In this document: in pieces, positions 52,183 to 62,858 of the stretch
How the letters are laid out: each line of letters opens with the position of its first letter
Position numbering within the stretch: position 1 is the first letter of the stretch
Source of the DNA: Pirellulales bacterium
GTDB lineage: Bacteria; Planctomycetota; Planctomycetia; Pirellulales; JADZDJ01
Assembly (NCBI GenBank): GCA_963738835.1
Contig: CAVTYH010000001.1
Span: 592,071 to 656,070 of the forward strand
Direction: 5' to 3'
DNA: 64,000 nt
The notes under the pieces: generated by a model
Database searches by the model: none
What the model was told of the DNA's origin: nothing
Seen by the model: only the letters and a program-made list of their open reading frames with translations
Program-made: the position numbers and the translations under genes

Positions 52183-54523
52183 TGTCCTGTCGTGGTTGCC
52201 AGCAGATAGTTGGCAGCGGCTATTGGTGGATGCTTTGTGGCAAAGCACGGTGATTGGCGCCATCGGTTGGCTGGTCGCTTGTTTTTTAGTTCGGCAAGTG
52301 GCGGCCAAGTCTTGGGTGTTGCTGCTGACGGTTACCAGTTGCTTGCTTGCGCCGCTGGCCAGTGTTGCCGCAAGACAAGGCGGAATCGCGCTATTCGACG
52401 GTGCCACGCAAGAAGTCGCCGCCACGGCATCGTCGACGAGCCCGGCGCCTAGCACGCTTTCTGACTCTGATCTTGACAAGATTGACGGGCCACAATTCAT
52501 TAGCGTCGTCAACGGGGCCGAAAGTGTCGCGCCGGAAGTACACCCGTCGCCAAATCCGGCGGAGGTTCCGCCGGCTTTCTCTGCAGTCGGGCAAAAAATC
52601 GAGGCGTCGAAGCCGAACACGGACTGGCCGTTGCTCAAACTTTATTTCTTCGACTGGATTGGGCTCGCATGGCTGGCGGCCTCCGGTCTTCTGGTTGTGC
52701 GCTTGGCCGTTGGTTGCGCGGGGGCGCTGCGGCTCATCCGACAAGCTCAACCATGCAACGACGATACACTGCTGCGAGCGGTTGAGGCGGCGCGAGAGCG
52801 ACTAACACTAAAAACTCGGCCGATGCTGCTGGTCAGCTCTCATATTTCCACGCCAATGGTGTTGGCAATTGGCCGTCCGCGACTGTTGATTCCGGAAATC
52901 GACAGAACCGTGGATTGGACACCCGCTTTCACCCACGAACTTGCGCATGTGGCCCGAGGAGACGGCTGGTCCCGCTTGTGGGTCGAGTTCGTTGCGATCG
53001 CCCTGCCACTTTCGCCGCTGGTATGGCTTTTGCGCCGATCGTTCCGCATTGCTTGCGAAGAAGCGTGCGACGATTGGGTCATTGCGACCGGCACCGAGCC
53101 AAGCGAGTACGTGAGCGCACTAGCAAGTTGGATCAATCGGCCGCGCCGAGTCGTTCCTCTGCCGGCAATCGGCATGTCGACAACGAAATCGCGATTGCTA
53201 CGGCTGTTGTCTTTGCGCGAAAGGCCGGTCGTGAAAAACAGCCGCTTCAAACGCATCGCTTGCGCCACGGTGGCTTTGGTTTTGATCGCGGGATTAGCTG
53301 TCGCACAAACGAAATCTTCCCGGCCGGAATATACCGTACCTCCGACCAAATCCATTCAACAAAGGATCGAAGATAAGCCTCCCGCCGACCCGCCTGAAGA
53401 GGTTGGCCAGAATGCAATCGCCAACGATCCACTGCTGCCGCTTTATGGAAAGCGTATGGCGGAATACGAGGAATTGCTTACGATTGAAAAGGCAAAGCTG
53501 GCCGATCTGAAAGCCGGCAAGCCCAATTCTGACGGGTCAACCGAAGAATGGCTACGCAATGAAATACAACGATATGAAGAGGCCATCAAGTCGTACAAGG
53601 AGCGCATCGAAAAGCGCAAAGCAGAACTCAGATCACGCACCAATGAGGAAGTCAAAGAGAAGCAAGCGACCAAGAGTCCGTTGCCTCCCTACGATATCGA
53701 ACCGCCCGACGTCATCACGATCGACGCGATTAGCCTAGTCCCGAAAAAACCGTTTCGATTGGCACCGGCCGACAAAGTGAAGCTCGCCGTGGAAGGCACG
53801 CGCCTCGATGCCCCGATTTCCGGTACGTTCCAGGTTGACAGCACGGGCGAGATCGTGCTTGGACCCAGCTACGGCTCTGTCAAAATCGCGGGTCTCACGC
53901 GTGTTGAAGCTCAGGAGGCGGTGACCGAGCAACTCAAAGAGACGCTCGTCAATCCGCAGGTGGCGCTGATCATCGACGAGGCACGATTGACCAGCGGCAT
54001 CACCGGTCAGCATCTGGTAGGGCCGGATGGAATGGTGAACCTTGGGATCTACGGCAGCGCTTATGTCGCGGGCTGCACCATACCGGAGGCATGCCGCGCT
54101 ATCGAAAAACAACTTGCTGGCGCATTTCGCGAGCCTAAAGTTTCCGTCGACATCTATGCCTATAACAGCAAGGTCTATTACGTCATCAGCACTGGCGAGC
54201 GTGGCGATAATATCCAGCGCTTTCCGATCACCGGCCATGAAACGATTCTGGACGCGATCGCGCAAGTTAAGGGGGCGGGCGATTTGGCTAGCAAAAACAT
54301 TTGGATCGCTCGTCCGAAGCCTATCGGCGAAGACCAAAACCTGCGGTTCCAGTGGGATCAAATCTCCGCCGGCGACGACTCAACCAATTACCAGGTGCTG
54401 CCCGGCGATCGAATTTTTATCGCGGAGAAAGACAAAACCGAAAGGCCGGAGCCGCGGCCGAAAGGCTGCGCAGCTCAATTCGAACTCGACGGACAAAAAT
54501 CCGATGAATCGCGAAGCCCCTGA
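52175..54523 (+). CDS. BlaR1-type M56 peptidase signal transducer fused to a coiled coil and a Wza-like polysaccharide-export (Poly_export/SLBB) domain
   Basis: Intact 782-aa ORF. N-terminal TM helices and zinc motif FTHELAHVARGD (HExxH). Coiled coil ~53400-53650. C-terminal LPPYDIEPPDVITIDA..VSVDIYAYNSKVYYVIS..IQRFPITGHETILDAIAQ..YQVLPGDRIFI is paralogous to the gene at 15457..16560. Confidence 0.85.
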   Translation: MNSVLSWLPADSWQRLLVDALWQSTVIGAIGWLVACFLVRQVAAKSWVLLLTVTSCLLAPLASVAARQGGIALFDGATQEVAATASSTSPAPSTLSDSDLDKIDGPQFISVVNGAESVAPEVHPSPNPAEVPPAFSAVGQKIEASKPNTDWPLLKLYFFDWIGLAWLAASGLLVVRLAVGCAGALRLIRQAQPCNDDTLLRAVEAARERLTLKTRPMLLVSSHISTPMVLAIGRPRLLIPEIDRTVDWTPAFTHELAHVARGDGWSRLWVEFVAIALPLSPLVWLLRRSFRIACEEACDDWVIATGTEPSEYVSALASWINRPRRVVPLPAIGMSTTKSRLLRLLSLRERPVVKNSRFKRIACATVALVLIAGLAVAQTKSSRPEYTVPPTKSIQQRIEDKPPADPPEEVGQNAIANDPLLPLYGKRMAEYEELLTIEKAKLADLKAGKPNSDGSTEEWLRNEIQRYEEAIKSYKERIEKRKAELRSRTNEEVKEKQATKSPLPPYDIEPPDVITIDAISLVPKKPFRLAPADKVKLAVEGTRLDAPISGTFQVDSTGEIVLGPSYGSVKIAGLTRVEAQEAVTEQLKETLVNPQVALIIDEARLTSGITGQHLVGPDGMVNLGIYGSAYVAGCTIPEACRAIEKQLAGAFREPKVSVDIYAYNSKVYYVISTGERGDNIQRFPITGHETILDAIAQVKGAGDLASKNIWIARPKPIGEDQNLRFQWDQISAGDDSTNYQVLPGDRIFIAEKDKTERPEPRPKGCAAQFELDGQKSDESRSP

Positions 54524-54602
54524 ACCGGCATTGTCAGGCGAGAAACGGATCGATGATCGGATAAAAACACCGCCGACGTTGGCCGAGCCGTATTGATGGC
54601 TT

Positions 54603-54621
54603 TCCGACCGAGACGGTCGGA
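54603..54621. terminator. hairpin between convergent BlaR1-like and ftsH genes (possible bidirectional terminator; same family as the 47739/47819 hairpins)
   Basis: TCCGACCG-AGA-CGGTCGGA, a perfect 8-bp stem. TTT precedes it on the plus strand. No strong U-tract for either direction. Confidence 0.35.
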
Positions 54622-54643
54622 CTATGTGCCGACCACTTACCAC

Positions 54644-54664
54644 TCACTACTCACTACTCACTAC
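54644..54664. repeat. heptamer tandem repeat (tcactac x3, plus a partial copy)
   Basis: tcactac at 54644, 54651 and 54658, then tcacaa. Lies immediately 3' of the reconstructed ftsH stop on the minus strand. Confidence 0.9.
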
Positions 54665-56706
54665 TCACAATGAGCCTTCCGCGGTTTCGCGGGGAATGGG
54701 TGCTTCCACAGCTGGTGGGCCGTGGCGTTTGCGTTCGGCGTCGGTGCCGGGGACGATCAGGGGGGCGGTCGAGGTTTCCTCGATGATCTCTTTCAGCTCT
54801 TCCGAGTCGATCACCTCCCTCTCGATCAGCCGCTTGGTCAAAGCTTCCAGGCGCAGTTTTGCGGGCTTCCAGAATCTGCCGCACCTTCTCCATCGATTCG
54901 TCGATGATGCGCTTCACTTCTTCATCGATTTCGCGGGCCGTCTGCTCGCTATGAACGCGGGGGCTTGTGATTTCGCCGTTGGCGGCCAGAAACGGCGAGC
55001 GGTTGCTTTCGCGATAGTTCACCCGGCCCAGGTGGCTCATGCCGTAGTCCATGACCATGGTCGGGCGATGTCGCTGGCGCGTTCCAGGTCGTTTTGGGCA
55101 CCAGTCGAAATGTCGTTGTAAATCATTTCTTCGGTGATGGTGCCCGCCAGCAGCACTTGGATGCGGCTTTCCAGTTCGCTTTGCGTCATTAGGTAGCGGT
55201 CGTCTTCGGGCCGCTGCATGGTATAGCCCAAGGCTGCCAGACCGCGGGGGATGATCGAGACTTTGTGCACTGGATCGGTATTCGGCAGGCTGTACGCAAC
55301 CAGTGCATGGCCTGCTTCGTGATAGGCGACGCGCTGTTTTTCGTCGACGTGAATCACCCGCTTGCGTTTTTCCAGGCCGGCGGTCACGCGTTCGACGCCT
55401 TCGTTAAATTCCTTCATGCCGACGGCGGTTTTGCTGTTTCGCGCGGCCAGCAAAGCGGCCTCGTTGACCAGGTTCGCCAAATCGGCGCCGACGAAACCGG
55501 AGGTAATGCTGGCGATTTCTTTGAGATTCACCGTGCTATCGAGCTTCACGTTTTGTACATGCACTTTCAGAATTTCCTCGCGTCCGCGCACGTCGGGCCG
55601 ATCGACCAGCACATGACGATCGAAACGGCCCGGCCGCAGCAATGCTGGATCAAGCGTTTCCGGCCGGTTGCTGGCGGCCAGCACAATAACACCGCTGTTG
55701 GTGTCGAAGCCATCCATTTCCACCAGCAGGGCGTTGAGCGTTTGTTCGCGTTCATCGTGTCCGCCCACAACGCTGCTGCCGCGGGTTTTGCCCAGGGCAT
55801 CGAGTTCGTCGATGAAGATGATGCACGGGGCTTTATTTTCTGCCTGCTGGAACATGTCTCGCACGCGGGCCGCACCGACACCGACGAACATTTCGACAAA
55901 GTCGGAGCCCGAAAGGCTGAAGAACGGCACGCCCGCCTCGCCGGCGATGGCTTTGGCCAGCAGCGTTTTGCCGGTTCCCGGCGGACCGACTAGCAGCACG
56001 CCTTTGGGAATGCGCCCGCCGAGGACCTGATAGCGTTCCGGGCTGCGAAGGAATTCGACCACTTCGCGCAGCTCATCGACTGCTTCGTCGATGCCGGCTA
56101 CGTCTTCAAACGTGATGCCGATATCTTCTTGGGCGTACATTTTGCCGCGGCTGCGACCAAACGCCATTGGGCTGCCGGCACCGCCCAATCGGCGGAGCAT
56201 AAAAAAGAACACCACGATAAACAGTCCGGTCAGCACCAGCATCGGCATGTAAGCCCTCAAAGAGCTGGGACCGGACTCGTAATCGAACTTGACGCCATTT
56301 TCTAGCAACAACTTGCGTAAATCGCCGGACGTGTCGTCGCTGCCGCCTCGATTCGCGTGAAAGTTTACAACTTCCGACTTTGAATCGGCGGTTGTACGGG
56401 TCACTTTGCCGGTGATGTCATAGGTGCCAAGCTCGATATCGGTCGGATTTTTGTAAGTGACTTGCAGCTTATGGCCCTCAGGACCCTCTTCCGTGGTGAT
56501 GCCCGGCCTTTCGATTGAATCAGGTTTACGAAATCGCTGGCCTTTAGCGGATAGGCAGTGTCCTGATGCAGCCAACCGACGACCAGCAGAACCGTGATGC
56601 CGACCGCCAACAGATACCAGATCGAGTTATTGGCGATCGGCGTGTTTTTGCGTTCCGGGGTCGGCTTCGTGTTCTGCGGTTTTTTCTCTGGCGTGTTGCT
56701 ATCCAT
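54665..56706 (-). CDS. ftsH: ATP-dependent zinc metalloprotease FtsH; at least 3 frame changes in this assembly
   Basis: N-terminal TM (ORF 56401..56706). Walker [14 protein letters not shown], Walker [23 protein letters not shown] (ORF 55037..56575). MVMDYGMS.. (ORF 54654..55058). The true C-terminus [28 protein letters not shown]-stop is in a third frame ending at 54665. Confidence 0.9.
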
Positions 56707-56908
56707 ACGCGATCGACCTGGCGAATTGAATGGTGGAAAGGGTCTTTAGTTCATCGTATGTCGCTCATGCGGCTCGTACAACCGTTCGATCGGCGGCGGC
56801 ATAGTTGCGAACGGCAAACTAGGCAAAATCGGCACGATTGCCGTTCGGGTTGTGGGGTAATCGGTGCGGCTTTAGAATCGCCGATGGAGTGAGCCTCGCT
56901 GATAACTC

Positions 56909-56965
56909 TACGCAATCCGCAAGCCCAGGGGTTGCGGGTACCGTCGCCCCGATGGTCCCTGGGCT
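56909..56965 (-). repeat. dispersed palindromic element, copy B (inverted relative to copy A)
   Basis: The reverse complement reads agcccagggaccatcggggcgacggtacccgcaacccctgggcttgcggattgcgta. Arms GCCCAGGG / CCCTGGGC. Ends 15 nt before the dxr ATG. Confidence 0.7.
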
Positions 56966-56979
56966 TGAATGTGCTGTCC

Positions 56980-58143
56980 ATGTCTCTAACCGCCAAAAAC
57001 ATTGCCGTCCTGGGATCGACCGGCTCGATTGGTGTAAGCACGTTGGAAGTGGTGGCAGCGAGCGAGAGAAGATTGAAACCGATGGCGCTGGCGGCTCGTA
57101 ACAGCACGCAGATTTTATTGGAACAAGCTCGACAGTTTCGGCCACGTTGGATCGTGGTGACCAATGCTGAAGCGGCGGCCAGTCAGGATTGGAGCGATTT
57201 GCCGCGCGAAACGGAATTGCTAATCGGACCGGAATCGCTCGCAAAAATCGCAGCAGTGCCGGAAATCGATTGCGTCGTGGCCGCTATCGTCGGCGCCGCT
57301 GGACTCGAAAGCACCTGGGCCGCGTTGGAAGCCGGGAAAGAGGTCGCTTTGGCTAACAAAGAGACGTTGGTCATGGCCGGCCCACTGGTCATGCGATTGG
57401 CGGACCAGACCGGGGCCAAGATTTTGCCCATCGACAGCGAACATAGTGCAGTGTTCCAGTGCTTGCAGTCCGGCCGGCGGGAGGAACTTAAGCGGATTGT
57501 GCTGACCGCTAGCGGCGGGCCATTTCGCAATCACACCGTAGAACAATTGGCCCGTGTGAAGGTGGAAGAGGCCTTGGAGCATCCCACCTGGGACATGGGT
57601 CCCAAAATCACGATCGATTCCGCCACGATGATGAACAAAGCCCTGGAAATTGTCGAAGCCCGGTGGCTGTTCGATTTGGTGCCGGAGCAAATCGACGTGG
57701 TGATTCATCCGCAATCGATTGTGCATTCAATGGTCGAATTCATCGATGGCTCGACGATTGCACAGCTCAGCTCGCCCGACATGCGGTTGCCGATTCAGTA
57801 TGCTTTGTATTATCCGGAGCGACGGCCAGGCATTTCGCAGAAAATGGATTTCACGAAGTCGCAGCGACTCGATTTCGAACCGGCCGATCCGGTAAGGTTT
57901 CCCGCCTTGCAACTGGGCCAACAAGCGGCCCATAGCGGCGGCACCACCGGGGCCGTGCTGAATGCGGCCAACGAAGAGGCCGTCCGCAGTTTTTTGGGCG
58001 GCGAGCTAGATTTTGTCGAAATCGTGCCGGTTTGCCGAAGTATTGTTGAACATCACACGTTTGAGGCTCAGCCCACGCTTGCGCGGCTTTTGGAAGTCGA
58101 TCGTTGGGCGCGTCAGGAGGTCACACGTTGGGTATGCACTTGA
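56980..58143 (+). CDS. dxr: 1-deoxy-D-xylulose 5-phosphate reductoisomerase
   Basis: ATG 56980 [65 protein letters not shown]. Intact. Confidence 0.95.
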   Translation: MSLTAKNIAVLGSTGSIGVSTLEVVAASERRLKPMALAARNSTQILLEQARQFRPRWIVVTNAEAAASQDWSDLPRETELLIGPESLAKIAAVPEIDCVVAAIVGAAGLESTWAALEAGKEVALANKETLVMAGPLVMRLADQTGAKILPIDSEHSAVFQCLQSGRREELKRIVLTASGGPFRNHTVEQLARVKVEEALEHPTWDMGPKITIDSATMMNKALEIVEARWLFDLVPEQIDVVIHPQSIVHSMVEFIDGSTIAQLSSPDMRLPIQYALYYPERRPGISQKMDFTKSQRLDFEPADPVRFPALQLGQQAAHSGGTTGAVLNAANEEAVRSFLGGELDFVEIVPVCRSIVEHHTFEAQPTLARLLEVDRWARQEVTRWVCT

Positions 58144-60343
58144 TTGCAGCACTGTCGTGGTTTTTGGAGCCCGCTCATTGGCTCGTTGTTTTGCAGGTGG
58201 CTGCAGGACTCGGTTTCGTGATTTTCGTGCATGAGCTGGGGCATTTCCTCGTTGCCAAAGCTTGCGGCGTAAAGTGCGAGAAGTTTTACCTCGGCTTCGA
58301 TATCTACGGTTTGAAAATCGCCAAGTTTCAGTGTGGCGAAACCGAATACGGCATCGGCATTTTGCCACTGGGCGGTTATGTGAAGATGCTTGGGCAAGAC
58401 GACAACCCAGCCCGCATGGCGGAAGAAACCCGCGCGCGAAGTTGCAATCGGCGGGCACCACCTACTCTGCTGCCACAGGTGCCAACTTTGAAACCGCCGA
58501 GCACGCCCCGCCCCTCACTCACGGCGACCTGCCGCCGGAACCAGTTTCTGATCTGCATGTCCCGTACGATCCTCGCAGTTACATGGCCCAAAGTGTACCC
58601 AAACGGATGGCCATCATTTCCGCTGGTGTCATTATGAATGTCATTTTCGCGTTCATTATGGCCTCGGTGGCGTATTGCATCGGCGTTAAAGAAACACCGT
58701 GCATTGTGCGGGCCGTCGTGCCTGGCGGAGCAGCGTGGCAGGCGGGACTACAATCGGGGGATGTTGTGAAACGGATTGGCAAAATCAAAAACCCACGCTT
58801 CAAAGATTTGCAAACCGGCGTGACGCTTGGCGACTTGGAACATGGCGTGGAATTCGAAATCTATCGCCCCATCACTGAAAAAATGTTCACTGTCGTGTTG
58901 CACCCCGATAAAAGTCTGGGCGTGCCAATGATCGGTGTCGTCGGTCCTTGGAAACCAGAGTTGATTGATGAAAAAGACATCAAACCAACGCTGAAGTTCT
59001 CGCCAGCATGGCAGGCAGAACCGAATTTTGAACCCGGCGACCGATTTGTGCAAATCAATGAAATGCCAATCAAAGATCAAGTCGATGTGCAACGTGCCTT
59101 GGTTCGCCACGTGGACGACAAGATTGCAGTTTCCGTCCAGCGAGCAACCAAAGATAAAGACGCGAGCAAGCCGCCAACCGAAGAGCCGCCAGTAGATAAG
59201 GAACTTGCCGGAAAACCAGTGGAGATTTCAGTTGAGCCAACTTCGATGCGTGATTTTGGGCTCGTGATGGACATGGATCCGATCTCCGCAGTGCAGCCCG
59301 ATTCTCCAGCGAAAGCAGCCGGATTAGAAGCTGGCGACAAGATCATCTCGATCGACGGACAGCCCGTGGGTAATCCAATCACACTGCCCGACCGGATGCG
59401 CCGCGCAGGGCTGGAAGGAAAGACGCTCAATCTCGAGATCGAGCGGAAGTCGGAGTCGAAGCCTTTAACATTGCAAATTACTCCACGCGTGCCGGAATCT
59501 GCGGACGAATTGCTTCCGACCAACCCGCTGTCGGCCCCTGCGCTGGGAATCGCCTACAAAGTTTGGACAAAAGTTGCAGCGGTAACTGCCAACACTCCGG
59601 CCGCTGATGCCAAATTGCACCCGGGTGATGAAATCATTTCAGCAAAATACCTTGCACCGCCGAAAAAAGACGGCGCTGCGAAAGAGGATGCAAATCCGAC
59701 GGAATCCTCTGAACTTACGAAAGTCGATTTCGATGGCAAAGATCCCGCCTGGCCGTATTTCGTTTGGGAAGTGCTGACGTTTGCCGATCCTGAAGCCCGC
59801 TGGGAGTTGGAAGTGCGCAACGGCAATGAGACTCGCAAGATTGAGTTGCAGACGGTGGAATTAAAGGACGATGCTGGTCGGGTGCTGCATACCCCTGCAC
59901 GAGGCTTCCTGTTTCAGCCACTATTTACGGTGCATGTTGCCGATTCATTTGCCTCGGCCGTACGGCTTGGTGGACGGGAAACGCTCGACAATTTACTGCT
60001 TGTCTATCGCTTTCTGCAAAAAATCGGCCAGAAACAGATTTCAGTAAAGCTGCTCGGCGGACCGGTGGAAATATTTCGACAGGCAGGCCGGTCGGCGCAG
60101 CAAGGCTGGTCCGACTTTCTGTTGTTCCTCACGATGCTTAGCGCCAATCTGGCCGTCATTAATTTTCTCCCGATCCCCGTGCTCGACGGCGGGCACATGG
60201 TATTTTTGGCCTACGAGCTGATTCGCGGCAAACCGGCCAGCGAACGGGTCATGGTGGCGTTCACTTATGCGGGGATGATTTTTATTCTGTCGCTGATGTT
60301 GTTTGTGTTGGCCCTAGATACGGGGCTGATTTCTCGTCGCTAG
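58134..60343 (+). CDS. rseP: RIP metalloprotease RseP (M50 site-2 protease with PDZ domains); 1 frame change in this assembly
   Basis: [15 protein letters not shown] (HExxH) in ORF 58104..58637. PDZ regions and [15 protein letters not shown] in ORF 58262..60343. The break lies in the cgcgcgcg run near 58431-58438. Confidence 0.9.
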
Positions 60344-60422
60344 ATCAAGCTGGGACTGTCGTCACACGGTTGCCAATGCATCGATATCGCCGAAGCTCAC
60401 TTCCTACGATTCAAGATCTGTA

Positions 60423-60689
60423 ATGATGCCAGCGCCGAAAGCCATGTCCAAAAAGACGGATCAAAAGAAACGCAAACCGATTCGCATCCCGGCTGATTTC
60501 CGCCAGGCCCTTGGCAGAAGCAAAAAGGCGGCCGAGACCTTCCACGGTTTCAGCCCCAGCCACAAGCGGGAATGCATCAGGTGGATCATCGAAGCGAAGC
60601 GGCCTGAAACCAGACAAAAACGCATTCATTCCGCTATCCAGTGGCTGGCCGAAGGGAAATCGCAGAACTGGCGGGATGAACGAAAGTAA
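60423..60689 (+). CDS. YdeI/OmpD-associated family protein
   Basis: FHGFSPSHKRECIRWIIEAKRPETRQKRIHSAIQWLAEGK matches the family's C-terminal AKxxETRxxR pattern. 88 aa. Confidence 0.6.
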   Translation: MMPAPKAMSKKTDQKKRKPIRIPADFRQALGRSKKAAETFHGFSPSHKRECIRWIIEAKRPETRQKRIHSAIQWLAEGKSQNWRDERK

Positions 60690-60806
60690 TCTGCCTTCCA
60701 AGCGATCTTGATTTGAGTTCCATCGGCGGGGTAGATTGCGGCACCCTCGCCCGGCCATGCACGGGTGTGGAATTCGAATTACGGCTGCGTTGGAAAGGAT
60801 GCCACC

Positions 60807-61871
60807 ATGCCTATTCGCCTGGCGGATTTGGCCCATATTGTCGACGGGCACGTGCTGGGCGACGGCACGCGCCTGATCGCGGGGGCCAATGCCCTGAATG
60901 CCGCCGGGCCAGACGACATTACGCTGGTCGATTCTGCCGATAAGGTGCATCGTTTGGCACGCAGCCAAGCCGGCGCAGTTGTGGTGCCGCGAAGTTTAGG
61001 ACCGCTCGATCGTCCGGTCATTCAAGTCGGCGACGTGCATGCGGCCTTTTCAGACATCGTTTGCTATTTTCGGCCGCCGCGAGAAAAACCGCGGGCTGGC
61101 GTTCATCCGATGGCGATGGTTGCCTGGACGGCCAAAATTGCCCGTGGGGCGACCATTCATCCCGGTGCCACAATTGGCGACGACGCGGAAATTGGCCCTG
61201 GCACCGTAATTCATAATGGGGTTCACGTGATGGCCGGGTGCCGGATTGCCGATCACGTGACCATTTTCCCCGGCGCGGTGCTTTACGAAAACACGCGTGT
61301 TGGCTCGCGCTGCATCATTCATGCTGGCGTTGTGCTAGGCGCTCACGGTTTCGGCTACAAGTTCCTCGATGGCAAACATGTGCTGTCGTCGCAGTTAGGC
61401 TATGTGGAATTATGTGCCGACGTGGAAGTCGGCGCCGGCAGCACGATCGATCGCGGCACTTACGGCGCGACGCTGATTGGCGAGGGCACGAAAATCGATA
61501 ACCTCGTGATGATTGCCCACAACTGCCGCATCGGTAGACACAATTTGATTTGTTCTCAAGTCGGCGTGGCGGGTAGCACCTCGACCGGCGATTATGTGGT
61601 AATGGCTGGCCAGGTCGGCGTGCGCGATCATGTTCACATTGGTACGAAAGCCGTGCTTGGCGCAAAAGCAGGTGTCTCTAGCGATGTGCGCGAAGGCGTT
61701 CACATGCTGGGTACTCCGGCGGTACCGGAGCGCGAACAAAAGCTGCTCTTCGCTTTGACTTCAAAGCTACCGGAGATGCGCAAGCAACTGAAGGAACTAC
61801 AGCGGCAAATCGATGAACTGACTCATAGCCCGATCGAAGCTCGCGACAACACCCGAAATGAAGCCGCCTGA
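60807..61871 (+). CDS. lpxD: UDP-3-O-acylglucosamine N-acyltransferase
   Basis: ATG 60807 MPIRLADLAHIVDG. Long hexapeptide-repeat beta-helix, HNCRIGRHNLICSQVGVAGST. C-terminal helix. Confidence 0.9.
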   Translation: MPIRLADLAHIVDGHVLGDGTRLIAGANALNAAGPDDITLVDSADKVHRLARSQAGAVVVPRSLGPLDRPVIQVGDVHAAFSDIVCYFRPPREKPRAGVHPMAMVAWTAKIARGATIHPGATIGDDAEIGPGTVIHNGVHVMAGCRIADHVTIFPGAVLYENTRVGSRCIIHAGVVLGAHGFGYKFLDGKHVLSSQLGYVELCADVEVGAGSTIDRGTYGATLIGEGTKIDNLVMIAHNCRIGRHNLICSQVGVAGSTSTGDYVVMAGQVGVRDHVHIGTKAVLGAKAGVSSDVREGVHMLGTPAVPEREQKLLFALTSKLPEMRKQLKELQRQIDELTHSPIEARDNTRNEAA

Positions 61872-62781
61872 GGAAACAGTTCGATCGACCTTTGTTGCTT
61901 CATCAGCCCGTGTCGGCATCGTTGCAGGCTGGGGACGGTTTCCGATTGTCGTGGCCGAATCGCTCAAACGGCAGGGGTTTCAGACGTATTGTGTGGCGTT
62001 AAAAGATCACGCCGATCCGGCGCTGGAGCGAATTTGCGATGATGTGCAGTGGACCGGTCTTGCGAAACTTGGCCACGCCATTCGTTATCTGCGTCACAGC
62101 GGAGTGCGCGATGCAACATTGGCCGGTAAGGTCTTCAAAGTGCGGTTGTTTCAGCGCGGGGCATGGATCAAACATCTGCCCGACTGGACGTGTATCCGCA
62201 CGTTCTGGCACCATTTTGTCACGACGAAAAAGGATCGCAAAGACGATACATTACTATTGGCGATCGTAAACGCCTTTGCAGAAGCTGGAATTGCGCTTCT
62301 TCCCGCGACCGATTATGTTCCGGAGCTGCTCGTGAAATTCGGACAACTCACACGGCTAGGTCCCACAAGGGCACAGCAAAGGGACATTGAGTTTGGCTGG
62401 CACCTGGCAAAAGAAATGGGCCGCCTCGACATTGGCCAAAGCGTGGTCGTGAAGGATCGCGCGTGTTTAGCCGTCGAAGCAATCGAAGGCACCGACGAGT
62501 GCATTCGCCGGGCGGGGCAGCTGTCACCGGCGGGCGGATTTACCGTGGTGAAGGTCGCCAAGCCGCAGCAAGACATGCGTTTCGATGTACCCACCATCGG
62601 TGTCCGAACGCTGGAAACGATGTCAGCCGCCGGCGCGAAGATGCTAGTGGTTGAAGCCGGCAAGACGATTCTCGTCGACGAACCGCAATTTCTTGAATTC
62701 GCCGATTGGCACAAGTTGATTGTCGTCTCCCTCGACAGCGCGGCATCGTCTGAACGCCTCTTGCGTGATGATGCTGCTTAG
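61858..62781 (+). CDS. lpxI: UDP-2,3-diacylglucosamine pyrophosphatase LpxI (DUF1009)
   Basis: RVGIVAGWGRFPIVVAESLKRQG, GQSVVVKDRACLAVEAIEGTDECIRRAG, VVKVAKPQQDMRFDVPTIG. Overlaps the lpxD stop. Confidence 0.85.
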   Translation: MKPPEETVRSTFVASSARVGIVAGWGRFPIVVAESLKRQGFQTYCVALKDHADPALERICDDVQWTGLAKLGHAIRYLRHSGVRDATLAGKVFKVRLFQRGAWIKHLPDWTCIRTFWHHFVTTKKDRKDDTLLLAIVNAFAEAGIALLPATDYVPELLVKFGQLTRLGPTRAQQRDIEFGWHLAKEMGRLDIGQSVVVKDRACLAVEAIEGTDECIRRAGQLSPAGGFTVVKVAKPQQDMRFDVPTIGVRTLETMSAAGAKMLVVEAGKTILVDEPQFLEFADWHKLIVVSLDSAASSERLLRDDAA

Positions 62782-62858
62782 GATGAGAATACGCAATGCG
62801 TAGGTCGGGCTTAGCCTGCCTCGATAGGTGCTCGCCCCGTTGTTATTCGGAGGCACTA

